Assembly: GCA_024400505.1 (NCBI GenBank)
Contig: JAKSMP010000001.1
Coordinates: 5,265 to 69,264 of the forward strand
DNA: 64,000 nucleotides
From: Bacteroidales bacterium
Lineage (GTDB): Bacteria; Bacteroidota; Bacteroidia; Bacteroidales; P3
Direction: 5' to 3'
The position numbers were made by a program, and so were the translations under genes. Shown here piece after piece: positions 20,203-30,091 of this stretch. The notes beneath the pieces were generated by a model. The model saw only the letters and a list, made by a program, of their open reading frames with translations. It was not told the DNA's origin and did not search any database. Positions within the stretch are counted from its first letter, which is position 1. Every line of letters begins with the position of its first letter.

Positions 20203-21282
20203 ATGGAGTCTGCAATAGAGACCCTTTTTGATTTGATTCGTGTTGCCCTTGGCAATGCCGAGTGGAGTTCCATCAGAAAGCCTGATGATTGGAAGTCTGT
20301 TTATAATCTTTCAAAACGGCAGGGGGTGTTGGCGTTGGTTTGTAGTGAGGATTTTATATCTCACGCTCAGGAGCTAGGCCTTGATTGGATGCTTCTATAT
20401 GAGTGGATCGGACAAAGAACTGTTGTCGAAGACACAAATCGTGCAAAGCTGTCAGCAGCCAACAAGTTGGCGAATCTTTGGGTAGAATCAGGCTTGCGAC
20501 CAGTCGCTCTGAAGGGTTTTTCTTATGCCCAATATTATCCTGAGCCGTTGCATCGTGTTTGTTCTGATTTAGACAGCTATTTATTTGATCGTTGGGAAGA
20601 TGGTAATAGATTGGTCGAACAACAGGGCATTGAGGTCTCTCGAAGCTATTATAAGAATTCTTCGTTCGATTTCCATGGTCTGTTTGTAGAAAACCATCGC
20701 TTTTGTTCGCCAATCCGTGGGGGAAAACATCGGAAATCATACGAAGGCTTTTTGCAATCTTTGTTGTCTTCGCAGCCGTGTTCCGTAATTGCAGGAATAC
20801 CATTTTTATCCCCGTCGCCATTGTTCAATTGCTTGTTCTTTATCTCCCATGCCCAAAACCATTTCTTAAATGAAGGTGGCATCCAGTTACGTCATGTGTG
20901 CGACTGGGGTGTGTTGATGAAGACATATCAAGAGGATTCAAAACTATGGGAGCAATTCCTAGATAATTGTGGCCAATTCGGATTTTTGAAGTTCGCCTAC
21001 TCAATTTCTCAGGTCTCATGTCGGGTGTGTAGCGTGAAAATCCCATTCGATTGTCCATCCAATGATGAATCAGATTTTGCGCTGCTCAAAGAAATTGTGA
21101 ACCCCACATGTGTGCAAGTCGAATTTTCGAAAGGTTGGCAGACTCGATGGCTTTTGGTAAAATCCATGTGGGGATCTAGATGGAAATATAAACTATACTC
21201 AGAGCAAAATATCCTAACCACATTCTTACAGATGGTTGGTGCATTTGTTCTTGAAAGACATCCCTCATTAGATGATCATTAA
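20203..21282 (+). CDS. Uncharacterised nucleotidyltransferase (NTP_transf_5-like), common in Bacteroidales CPS loci
   Basis: N-terminus LFDLIRVALGN...W..VYNLSKRQGVLALV matches my recollection of this family. Confidence 0.6.
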   Translation: MESAIETLFDLIRVALGNAEWSSIRKPDDWKSVYNLSKRQGVLALVCSEDFISHAQELGLDWMLLYEWIGQRTVVEDTNRAKLSAANKLANLWVESGLRPVALKGFSYAQYYPEPLHRVCSDLDSYLFDRWEDGNRLVEQQGIEVSRSYYKNSSFDFHGLFVENHRFCSPIRGGKHRKSYEGFLQSLLSSQPCSVIAGIPFLSPSPLFNCLFFISHAQNHFLNEGGIQLRHVCDWGVLMKTYQEDSKLWEQFLDNCGQFGFLKFAYSISQVSCRVCSVKIPFDCPSNDESDFALLKEIVNPTCVQVEFSKGWQTRWLLVKSMWGSRWKYKLYSEQNILTTFLQMVGAFVLERHPSLDDH

Positions 21283-21667
21283 TACTCAATTATTAGATTC
21301 TTTGACCGAACAGGCCAAAGCTAATCCCCGCCTGCGTCAAGCCTATGACTTGCGCACTACCCCCGACGACAACAGCCAACGTATCCTCAATGCGATGGAA
21401 CCGGGAACGGTACTTCCGATTCATCGGCATCGTGGCTCGACGGAAACCATCACAGTGCTGCGTGGTAAGGTTGTCCAACATCTTTACGACGCCGAAGGCC
21501 GTCTGCAAGAAAGCATCGTGATGGCACCAGCCAGTGCAGTCGTAGCCATGTCTGTAGAAGTGGGGCAGTGGCACAAGGCCGAAAGCCTCGAATCCGGCAC
21601 CGTCATCCTAGAATGCAAAGACGGCAAATACACCCCATTGACAGAAGAGGATATCTTGCATGAATAG
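21272..21667 (+). CDS. wbuC: WbuC-family cupin
   Basis: 131 aa with RILNAMEPGTVLPIHRH ... ETITVLRGK ... GQWHKAESLESGTVILECKDGKY. Confidence 0.75.
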   Translation: MIINTQLLDSLTEQAKANPRLRQAYDLRTTPDDNSQRILNAMEPGTVLPIHRHRGSTETITVLRGKVVQHLYDAEGRLQESIVMAPASAVVAMSVEVGQWHKAESLESGTVILECKDGKYTPLTEEDILHE

Positions 21668-22034
21668 TGAGGAATGGTTAGTACGTAATGTGTGATTCCG
21701 AGGTTCTTTGATCGTTTGACCTCAGATCAAGGCACGTCTCAAGATAACTTGAATGTCTATTTTTCGGATTGAAGTATTATTTGTCAATCAATTGGATTGC
21801 AAGTTGCGGATGAGACAGGAATGAATATTCGGAACTTATAGCATTCACAAGCAATCTAAGGAATAAATGAGCGTTTCTGTACTTATGGGTACAGGCGATC
21901 ACTCATGACTAAGATTTGGAATATAATCCGTAAGTTTATCTGCCAGACATTGTTCCGAATTGTGTCCTTGCTCCGGTTTGTAAGGTAATTATCGTCTATG
22001 TGTATTCAAGATCGGTAAGGGAGGCTTCATAGGC

Positions 22035-22318
22035 ATGAAATGCTACTTTGATGACTTGTGTGTAGAGAATATCATAATAGGTGACAATGTAATTATTAGC
22101 TATGGCGTTTATTTTGTATGACATGGCAAGAACCAATCGCACAATAAAAAATTATCAAGGACAGAGCCGATATCAGAATGCGTGCGAATATTACTGCAAG
22201 GTATGTTATCGTTATTGGCGAAAGCGCAGTTGTAGGAGCGAGCACCTTGGTCAATAAATCAGTTCCCGATGGTGCGACCTGTGTGGGTGTGCCTGGAAGG
22301 ATTTTGGAGAAGAAATAA
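22035..22318 (+). pseudogene. Decayed hexapeptide acetyltransferase remnant
   Basis: Fragments MKCYFDDLCVENIIIGDNVIISYGVYFV* and ...ANITARYVIVIGESAVVGASTLVNKSVPDGATCVGVPGRILEKK* lie in different frames. Confidence 0.55.
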
Positions 22319-22364
22319 AGCCCCTTGCAGAATCTGGCTCATCCGTCAAAGACTGCAAGGGGCT
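22319..22364 (+). terminator. 12-bp stem hairpin after the acetyltransferase remnant
   Basis: AGCCCCTTGCAG (22319-22330) pairs with CTGCAAGGGGCT (22353-22364). The loop is 22 nt and there is no clear T tail. Confidence 0.35.
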
Positions 22365-22499
22365 TGATGTCAAAAGCCGGCGAGTGTCGCGATGCGACTC
22401 ACGCTGGCTTAATCTGAGACATAACATATTCACCTGCACAAGTGACCGATTGGTTCCGTGCGATATGGGCAGGTGGGACAATATATACAATCAAAGATT

Positions 22500-23084
22500 A
22501 TGGATGAGAACATCAAATCTATCTACATAGAAATAGAAGAACGTTATGTAAAGATTGCTTGGACTCATAAGATTCAAGAAATTCAGGCCGGTTTATACTT
22601 AAAGAAAAGTAATTGTAATAAGTGGTGTATGGCAATATTTAATGGCGTTACAACTACTACTGCTTTTGTTACAGTTGTTACAAGTTTATTAGAAAGTATA
22701 GATGCAGACTGGGTCATGCCAGTACTTACATCTGTACTAGCTGTTATCTCTACCATTCTTACATTGAGATATAAGGATAGTGTATTAGATGAGAGTGCAT
22801 CGGCCTGTAAACAATATGCTGCTAAATGTCGCAATCTTCGGAACAAATACGAGGCTCTTCTGACGGATATTATGACTGGAAGATTTGTAAATGTTGAGGT
22901 GATTAGTTCCAAACGTGATTTGATGACGGAAGTGGAAAATGAACTGTTTGCAGGAGATATAGCCCCACATACAACAGAAAAAGCTGTTGCAATTGCAAAA
23001 AAAGCTTTGTTAGAAAATGGAGATTCGTTGACAACAGAATCGGAAATAAAAGCTATTGTACCTCAACATTTGCAAGTGTTATAA
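22500..23084 (+). CDS. SLATT-like 2TM effector protein
   Basis: Two adjacent TM helices (WCMAIFNGVTTTTAFVTVVTSLL and WVMPVLTSVLAVISTILTL) followed by a helical tail. Sits 15 nt upstream of the SMODS gene. ATG at 22500. Confidence 0.6.
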   Translation: MDENIKSIYIEIEERYVKIAWTHKIQEIQAGLYLKKSNCNKWCMAIFNGVTTTTAFVTVVTSLLESIDADWVMPVLTSVLAVISTILTLRYKDSVLDESASACKQYAAKCRNLRNKYEALLTDIMTGRFVNVEVISSKRDLMTEVENELFAGDIAPHTTEKAVAIAKKALLENGDSLTTESEIKAIVPQHLQVL

Positions 23085-23099
23085 ATAACTACAGAGTAT

Positions 23100-23906
23100 A
23101 TGTACACAGTTACCAAAAGAGGCGAAGTTATAAGCAGGGTGCAACGCAGTTTAATCTCTTTAAGGTATCGAAAAATAACAAAAGCTATAAACACAGAGTT
23201 CTGGGGGTCCACGAGTGAAACTGAGCATAGTTTTTATGTGGGCTCTTATGGACGAGGTACAGCTATTGACACAAGTGATATTGATATATTGGTAGAATTG
23301 CCAAAAGATGTATTTCAACGTTTCGATGCTCACAAAGGGAATGGCCAATCAAGATTGCTTCAAGCAGTAAAAGCTGCTATTGAAAGCACCTATTCAAGAA
23401 GCATGGTGCGCGCAGACGGACAGGTGATAGTCGTTACCTTTTCTGATGGAATAAAGTTCGAAATCTTACCTGCTTTTAGACATATTGTTTTTGGGTATTG
23501 GGATGGTACCTATGAATATCCAGACTCAAATATGGGTGGTCGATGGCTGACAACAAATCCAAAAGCAGAACAAGATGCAATGAAATCTCGAAATGAGTAC
23601 AGTAATGGGCTTTTATATGATACGTGTAAACACATGAGGTACATCCGTGATAATTATTTTAGTGGCTACCATCTTCCGGGTATTGTAATTGATAGTTTTG
23701 CTTATCATTATATAAAAGATTGGCATTGGTTAAGTGAAGGTGAATCACCTTCGGATAAACCAACTGGCACTTACGAGAAAGGTCTATACCAAACATGTCC
23801 ATCATGCAGTTTTAATCTGAATGCTCCTGGAAGTGAAATGAAGGTCGACACTTCCAGGTGTATTGATGTGCTGAATAAAGTTTTGAATTTTATGTCCAAA
23901 GATTAA
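23100..23906 (+). CDS. SMODS/CD-NTase-type nucleotidyltransferase
   Basis: Pol-beta NTase core: YVGSYGRGTAIDTSDIDILVELP, plus the downstream acidic strand ADGQVIVVTF. Confidence 0.7.
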   Translation: MYTVTKRGEVISRVQRSLISLRYRKITKAINTEFWGSTSETEHSFYVGSYGRGTAIDTSDIDILVELPKDVFQRFDAHKGNGQSRLLQAVKAAIESTYSRSMVRADGQVIVVTFSDGIKFEILPAFRHIVFGYWDGTYEYPDSNMGGRWLTTNPKAEQDAMKSRNEYSNGLLYDTCKHMRYIRDNYFSGYHLPGIVIDSFAYHYIKDWHWLSEGESPSDKPTGTYEKGLYQTCPSCSFNLNAPGSEMKVDTSRCIDVLNKVLNFMSKD

Positions 23907-23957
23907 TTGTTAAATCCACACTCGCTAAGCGGATGTGGGCTTAAGATAGAGATGTCT

Positions 23958-24233
23958 TACTTCTTTCTCAAATCAAGGATGACTTGATGTCTGTTCTTTG
24001 ACTTGTACTTACGACAACTCACATGAATCCAGTAGTCACAACCGTTTGGTGCCTCCATGACCAACAGATCAAAGTCGATGTAGCGCTCGAGGAAGTCGAA
24101 CCAATTCTTGGCAATGTCTATATCAGTGTGCTGACGGTTGTATTCCCATGAGGTGTAGGGATCGAGAGGGATGTGGTTAGTATCGCCCTGATAGTAGGAG
24201 GCTTCTTCGTTTCTCCTCTGGGTGTGATTTATG
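23958..24233 (-). pseudogene. Start-less open frame, unidentified gene remnant
   Basis: The minus frame reads ...YYQGDTNHIPLDPYTSWEYNRQHTDIDIAKNWFDFLERYIDFDLLVMEAPNGCDYWIHVSCRKYKSKNRHQVILDLRKK*. There is a stop upstream and no initiator codon. Confidence 0.3.
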
Positions 24234-24399
24234 GCTCCGTCCTAACTGCTGTAGGTCTCCTGCTGCTGTTTAGCGTGATCGAGAAGATACCCGAAGCCAT
24301 AAAAGGCTGGGAAATCAGTCAAGATCAGCAAAGAAGACTTTTCCGCAGAAGTCGGTACTGAAACTAAAGAAAGTTACCCGAACTTACCCTATGACAAGC

Positions 24400-24439
24400 C
24401 CTTTCCGTACATTCGCTCGTGCGGGCGAATGTACGGAAA
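24400..24439. repeat. Perfect 16-bp stem hairpin
   Basis: CTTTCCGTACATTCGC, 8-nt loop, GCGAATGTACGGAAAG. Confidence 0.85.
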
Positions 24440-24562
24440 GTGTGATGCCGTACCGTCTGCGAGTGTCGAGCAAAGCGCATCTCTCGCCGGCTTTCCAGCT
24501 TATGGAAGCTTGAACCGGATCGTTACCGGTTGCTGGAGCTAATAATAAAACAGCATTCTTAT

Positions 24563-27500
24563 ATGGCTAAGATTTATAATCCCAAAAGTAAACCAGTCTA
24601 TCATATAGTTCAACAGTTTTTGAATGCTCGTTTTGATAATAAAGAGTGTTCAAGAGTTGCTGCAAATTTGAAGTATGACGTGACAGGCAGAGTAATAGGT
24701 CAATCCTTAAATGACTTATTCCGCGTTTCTCCTCGTTATAAGGAATTGCTATGGGGTAATCAATTTCCTCGGTCAATTAATGACTTGGGTGAGGGGAATA
24801 GTTATTTTTTCAAATCAAATTCAATTTTCGCTGACATTGATTGGCTATACGTTCAAATTAGTAAGTATCATTCAGAAATATCAAAATTTGTAACGATACG
24901 AGATAAAGTAGAACAGTCAATTTTATTAGGACATTACGATACTGCCCATGCTTTATTGAAGGATATTCATAATGAGTTCGGAGAAAGCATTTGGTATTAC
25001 GAGATGAAAATGTTAGTCTATAGCTATTCTGGAAATGAAAGGCTAGCTCTTGAAATGCTAAGTGAGGTGAACAGGCATAAGGAAAACTCCAAATACGGTT
25101 TTGTTCCTTTCTTACTTTCTTATTTATTCAAGAGATGTTCAAAGTCGTACTCTGCCTATGCATATGACTCAGAGTTAGAGGGACGATTTAAATTAAATAG
25201 AACTGATTTTCAAAAGGATAGGTATGTTTATTATCTATTTAGACTTAATCTATATAAATCAAATGTTGTAGACGATTTGTCTCCTGTTCTAATCATGGAA
25301 GCGACAAATTCGTTGATCGATAGATATCAGTCTGTTATCAATATTTTGCGTCTGTCTTTTGCTTACTCAGATAATAATGCTATTAAAACATTATATGCTT
25401 TATATGCTTCAAAATTCTATAGGAAGACGAATGATAGACTATTGACTCCTATGGTTGCATATAGAAATATGAATAATCTACATTCAGATTATTACAATCT
25501 AAGATTGATTAATCTCTTAGATGATTATTATCGTGGTAATTATACATCCTGTATAGATAAGTGCAAGTCTTATGTGGTTGAAGACGTCCCAAACTTTGAC
25601 ATAATAAAAATATATTGTCGATCATTAATAGCATTGAAAGAAAAATATTCACAGATATGCACGAATGCTGAGTCAATATTAAATCAAATAGCGTATTATT
25701 CCTTCAAAATTATGTCAGAGACTGAGTACGAAGATAATATACATCGTTTGTATCAGTTGAATAAAAACATTTATGGGCTCTCTTTCGCCTCTGGACTAAG
25801 TTGTTTTATTGAATCAGAGTCCAATCACAAATCAAATAGTATTCATTCTGCTATTTCTTTGTGTTGTTATGATCCTTTGTTCTGTAATTATTTGGATGAA
25901 GATGATGCAAAACATAGATATGTACAGTTGGGCAAGGAACAGTTCGGCTCAATTGGAATTCTAGATTATGTAACTGATAGAATTAATAAAACTGTTTCAA
26001 CAAATACATACGTAACCAAGTATATACGAGATATTGATGCTGCGGTAAACTCTTTTAATGAGGGTCTATATGAGGATGCGCTTGATAAATGGAAAGTCAT
26101 ATTAGAAGATAATAAGGAAACACTTCCTATTGTTCAATCTGCTATAGAGTACATTTATCGGTGCTATGAAGAGCTAGATAAGAAACAAGAAGCAATTAGT
26201 CTATATGTAAAACACTATTTAAAAGGGAAATCATATGTTTCACATATTGATACTAAATTATTGACGACGCAATTATATAAAGACAAGTATAAGAAAGGTG
26301 TTAAAAACGGATTAGATCTTCAGTTGTTTGTCTTCATAAATGAAAACGAGGAAGAACGGAAAAGTGCAGTATTGGAAAGATTCTGTTTGTACCATGACGT
26401 TAATAAAGTCTCTGATTTGATTCCTGAGATTGAGTCAACAGAAAAGCGAGATAAGTTAGAGTTGTATTTGTATCTATTGGCATCTGATGATATTCTTCGA
26501 CACATGCCTTATGTGACAAGTACAAAAAAAATGTTGGACGAGCAGCAAATCCTAGCACAATATCTTTCTTCTCTAAGTGATTCAAAACATCTAAAACAGT
26601 ATGTAGAATTACAACAGGAGATAATTGAAACTATGATTGTATATCAGAACGTTAGAAAGATTGACGAAAGTAAGATATTTGTCAATCAAGGCGCTCTGTT
26701 TAGGTATGAATATAAAGAATATGAAAGTCTATATCAGCAGTTTAAAAATCAACTGGCGTTATCTGGAGAGACAAATCAGTACTATATTGTAAACACGCTC
26801 TCTTCAAGTGAATATCAAACAACAGACCCGACTCTCATTCATGCTCCAGTTCGTTTTACAAGCAAAAGTTTTATAGATTCTGCCTGTCAAGTTTTTTCGG
26901 TGCTAAGAGAGAAATTCCTTTTTAGCAAATTCGGATTAAAGACATATTTAAGTACGAGAATACGTCACGGTGTATTCGAAGGTGTTCTTCGTTCTGGATT
27001 TGACAGCTTACATCTTTTGTTGCTAACCGAGAATAATAGATATGTTCCCATTAGTTATTGGGGTGATAGATATGGCTTATTAAGTACTGAGCAAAGTGAA
27101 TTAATGAGAATACTTGGAAAGTTTTCTTCTGGCGTCAATTATACAATCGACCAATTCAAGGAAGATGTTTTACAGGTAAAAGTCTCTGACAATGAGCCTG
27201 GGTTATTTGATTTCAGACTTTCCCCTGACGACATGTGTTATGCAACTGTATCTGCAGAAACCAGATCCAATAGTTTTGAAGAGTTCTGTTATTTAATAAT
27301 GGAATATTTGCTTAATATGACGAATAAAAATCTCATAAATGTGCGTAATAAAATAGAAGAAGATCTGAAGAATTCATTTATGAGGTTAGTTGACAATCTT
27401 GAACAGGATGTTCAACAATTCTCAAAACTGCATTTTTATAGTGATTTAAAATTAGCCGTAATTAGTGCGCGTTCTGAGGTGAATCAAAAGATTGCTCAAG

Positions 27501-28009
27501 TAGAAAAATGGTTTTATCTGCAAGATGCAAAATTCGATGATTTTTCACTTCTTAGACAAATGAGAGTTGTTTGGAAAGTGACATCAAAAATGTATCCTAA
27601 TGATAGTTCCTCAATACGCATTGAAGGCGATGAGTTTGATGTTAAGATTAAGGCAGCTTATTTGATACATATATCAGACATCTTGACTATTTTCTATAAT
27701 AATATGTTGAGTTATAGTAAGTCATCGGATATGAGCTCTTTTTTCGTTAGCCTTAGCCAAGAAAATAACATTATTAATCTTCACTTCGAAAATGAGATTA
27801 AAGAAGATGAAGATCAACTAAATGCTAAATTTGAGGATATGTTAAAATCAGATTCTAGACTACAAGTAGAAGGAAGAAGTGGACTGGTTAAAGTAAGGAA
27901 AATCATAAAATATGATTTAGGTTGTGAGCAAAATGAACTCTCAATAAAGGCATTAGATGGAAAATGTATAGCAGAAGTTTTCGTTGATAAAAAAGAAATT
28001 TGCGTATGA
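24563..28009 (+). CDS. dtcA: Detocs DtcA-like sensor: large helical-repeat N-terminal region plus C-terminal GHKL/HATPase_c
   Basis: 1148 aa from the ATG at 24563. The C-terminus has an N-box-like ILTIFYNNMLSYS and a G-box-like EGRSGLVKVRKI. The long helical region looks TPR-like. Stop overlaps the next ATG (ATGA). Confidence 0.65.
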   Translation: MAKIYNPKSKPVYHIVQQFLNARFDNKECSRVAANLKYDVTGRVIGQSLNDLFRVSPRYKELLWGNQFPRSINDLGEGNSYFFKSNSIFADIDWLYVQISKYHSEISKFVTIRDKVEQSILLGHYDTAHALLKDIHNEFGESIWYYEMKMLVYSYSGNERLALEMLSEVNRHKENSKYGFVPFLLSYLFKRCSKSYSAYAYDSELEGRFKLNRTDFQKDRYVYYLFRLNLYKSNVVDDLSPVLIMEATNSLIDRYQSVINILRLSFAYSDNNAIKTLYALYASKFYRKTNDRLLTPMVAYRNMNNLHSDYYNLRLINLLDDYYRGNYTSCIDKCKSYVVEDVPNFDIIKIYCRSLIALKEKYSQICTNAESILNQIAYYSFKIMSETEYEDNIHRLYQLNKNIYGLSFASGLSCFIESESNHKSNSIHSAISLCCYDPLFCNYLDEDDAKHRYVQLGKEQFGSIGILDYVTDRINKTVSTNTYVTKYIRDIDAAVNSFNEGLYEDALDKWKVILEDNKETLPIVQSAIEYIYRCYEELDKKQEAISLYVKHYLKGKSYVSHIDTKLLTTQLYKDKYKKGVKNGLDLQLFVFINENEEERKSAVLERFCLYHDVNKVSDLIPEIESTEKRDKLELYLYLLASDDILRHMPYVTSTKKMLDEQQILAQYLSSLSDSKHLKQYVELQQEIIETMIVYQNVRKIDESKIFVNQGALFRYEYKEYESLYQQFKNQLALSGETNQYYIVNTLSSSEYQTTDPTLIHAPVRFTSKSFIDSACQVFSVLREKFLFSKFGLKTYLSTRIRHGVFEGVLRSGFDSLHLLLLTENNRYVPISYWGDRYGLLSTEQSELMRILGKFSSGVNYTIDQFKEDVLQVKVSDNEPGLFDFRLSPDDMCYATVSAETRSNSFEEFCYLIMEYLLNMTNKNLINVRNKIEEDLKNSFMRLVDNLEQDVQQFSKLHFYSDLKLAVISARSEVNQKIAQVEKWFYLQDAKFDDFSLLRQMRVVWKVTSKMYPNDSSSIRIEGDEFDVKIKAAYLIHISDILTIFYNNMLSYSKSSDMSSFFVSLSQENNIINLHFENEIKEDEDQLNAKFEDMLKSDSRLQVEGRSGLVKVRKIIKYDLGCEQNELSIKALDGKCIAEVFVDKKEICV

Positions 28010-28455
28010 ATAGAATTTTGATCGTTGAAGATTTGCCAGAAAAGGCAGACGAAATAAAGGTGGTAATTGCAAAAGCATTTCCAAATATTGAAATTGAAGA
28101 GAGGACTTCTTATCATTCTGCAATTGAGGAGATTTACCAAAATCATCCTCGGTATAAGCTAATTCTCCTTGATATTTCAATGTCTACATTTGATGTTAAT
28201 GTAGAAGAAAATGGAGGTCTGCCAGAATCCTTAGCTGGGAAAAGAATACTTCAGGGAATGTATTTGCGGGACATCCCAACCAAAGTAAAAGTGGTAACCA
28301 TGTATGAAAGCTTTGATGGTAAAAGTATCAAGGAACTTGATAGAGAACTAAAAGAAGATAATCCAGATAGCTATGATGGATTCATTTTCTTCTCTTTCAA
28401 AAAGAGTGAATGGAAAAAGCAGTTAGTTGAATATTTAAACACAGTCATATGTTAA
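28006..28455 (+). CDS. dtcB: Detocs DtcB-like stand-alone receiver (REC) protein
   Basis: ILIVEDLPEKADEI ... YKLILLDISM (acceptor Asp) ... KVKVVTMYES. No output domain. Confidence 0.7.
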   Translation: MNRILIVEDLPEKADEIKVVIAKAFPNIEIEERTSYHSAIEEIYQNHPRYKLILLDISMSTFDVNVEENGGLPESLAGKRILQGMYLRDIPTKVKVVTMYESFDGKSIKELDRELKEDNPDSYDGFIFFSFKKSEWKKQLVEYLNTVIC

Positions 28456-29705
28456 GGGTTTTATTACTAGATGATTCTGAAAAGAAGATTGCTGATGTGA
28501 AAAAAGTTTTGCTAGACGTTTGTGGTTTGCAAGATCAAGAAATTGATATTGCAAAGAGTGTTTCTTCTGGAAGAAGAAGTGTTGCCAAAGAGTACTATGA
28601 TATTGTTCTTTTGGATTTGGTTTTACCCATGTATGATGGTGAAAATCCGATAGAAGATGGAGGTCTTAGTTTTATCCGCCAAATTTCATCAGCAGGTGAG
28701 ACTGTGAAAATGCCGACGCAGATTATTGGTCTCACAGAAAAAGAAGATGCATATGAAAAGGAAAAAAAGGAATTTGAAGAATTACTCTTCAGTGTGATTA
28801 CTTGTAAACAGAAAGATACATCATGGATATCACAATTGGCTCAGGTTGTCAATTTTGCAAATAGAAGCAAGAATTCGATTTTAAAAAGTTTAACGATAAG
28901 AACAAAATACGATGTCGGAATAGTATGCGCTCTGCCGGAAGAATATAAGCAATTAATAGCTGCTTTTGGCGGAGAAGAGAAGTGGTCAAAGATTACTGTA
29001 GAAGAGGACGTGCCATTTATATTCCGAGAAACAATCCTCACAACAGCCAACAATAATGATGTCAGAATTGTATCTACTATGGCTGGTCGACCAGGAGTAA
29101 TACCAACAAGCGTTGTTACAACATTATTGTATTCAATGTTTCATGTTGATACTGTATTTATGACGGGATTTTCTGCTGGTTTTCCATCAAAGAATTTAAA
29201 ACTAGGTGATATCCTGATAGCATCATCAATAGAGGATTATGCATCTGGGAAATTGGTAGATGCAGGAGGGTCAATAAAACTCTTAAAAGAAATGCATCAA
29301 ATTGAAACTTCGACATCTTTATCTTTGAAAATGCAAGAAATGATTGAGGATGATGTAACTCAATCTATTATGATGAGTAAACTAAAGAAGTCGAATTTGG
29401 TAGTAGAAGAGAGAGACTCTTATCAGCTGCATATGTCCGCAACTTGCTGCGGTCCTTTTGTGGTTACGTCTACCGAAGCTGTTGATGAACTAAAGAAAAC
29501 AGATCGTAAACTTGAAGGACTTGACATGGAGGGCTTTGGATTGTATTTGACCTCTAAAATATTGACAGGAAACAAACAAAAAGGAGCAATGTGGATAAAA
29601 GGCGTTGGTGATTTTGCTAATCCTGAAAAATCCGACGGTTATCATAAAACATGTTCTTTTGGTAGTGCCACAATTCTATACCGCTTCATTAAGGAAATGA
29701 TGTAA
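28449..29705 (+). CDS. dtcC: Detocs DtcC-like response regulator with PNP/nucleosidase (PNP_UDP_1-like) effector domain
   Basis: N-terminal REC (VLLLDDSEKK ... YDIVLLDLVLPM). C-terminal phosphorylase-fold motifs: KYDVGIVCALPEEYKQL, FMTGFSAG, GLDMEGFGL. Confidence 0.7.
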   Translation: MLRVLLLDDSEKKIADVKKVLLDVCGLQDQEIDIAKSVSSGRRSVAKEYYDIVLLDLVLPMYDGENPIEDGGLSFIRQISSAGETVKMPTQIIGLTEKEDAYEKEKKEFEELLFSVITCKQKDTSWISQLAQVVNFANRSKNSILKSLTIRTKYDVGIVCALPEEYKQLIAAFGGEEKWSKITVEEDVPFIFRETILTTANNNDVRIVSTMAGRPGVIPTSVVTTLLYSMFHVDTVFMTGFSAGFPSKNLKLGDILIASSIEDYASGKLVDAGGSIKLLKEMHQIETSTSLSLKMQEMIEDDVTQSIMMSKLKKSNLVVEERDSYQLHMSATCCGPFVVTSTEAVDELKKTDRKLEGLDMEGFGLYLTSKILTGNKQKGAMWIKGVGDFANPEKSDGYHKTCSFGSATILYRFIKEMM

Positions 29706-29709
29706 TAGT

Positions 29710-30000
29710 ATGGACATAATCTTCTTTGTACTAATCCGTGTCGCCATCGGTGCGCAAGAGAGCCTCTCTCGCTTGCCATAGGCACACGAGTGAGGCGAGT
29801 TATATGAGCTGGCGCAAAAGCAGTCGCTGGTAGGTGTCTGCTTCGCTGCCCTTCAGCGGCTTGGCTTTGATTCGGATGTGGGCTTTGCCCGAATCGGCAT
29901 GAGCGAGATGTTGTATCTAACTTGGGTGGGTATGGCTGCAACGATTCAGCAGAAGGATGAAGTGGTGATAAATACTATTATGAGCACTATGGTTTTGTAA
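29710..30000 (+). pseudogene. NTP_transf_5 N-terminal remnant with two in-frame stops
   Basis: MDIIFFVLIRVAIGAQESLSRLP*AHE*GELYELAQKQSLVGVCFAALQ... parallels the N-terminus of 20203..21282. TAG at 29779, TGA at 29791. Truncated after about 95 codons. Confidence 0.6.
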
Positions 30001-30091
30001 GGGATATTCAGATCTGTCTTTAACGATGTGTAACAATCGTCATCTTCGATGGTGTACAGATTGCTATGTAATGCGATTTGCAGAAATCTAT

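Noticed and set aside
21668-22034. I searched the left edge of the defence island, and also 6745-6884 and 31187-31281, for an integrase, transposase, att-like repeats or a tRNA.
   Set aside because: Nothing recognisable was found. Only short weak hairpins and decayed acetyltransferase-like fragments are present, so no mobile-element call is supported.
24173-24361. A 62-aa plus-strand ORF between the SMODS gene and dtcA.
   Set aside because: It overlaps the minus-strand start-less remnant and has no recognisable features. The region looks like decayed sequence.
29642-29941. A 99-aa minus-strand ORF after dtcC.
   Set aside because: It is antisense to the NTP_transf_5 N-terminal remnant, whose similarity to 20203..21282 explains the sequence better.
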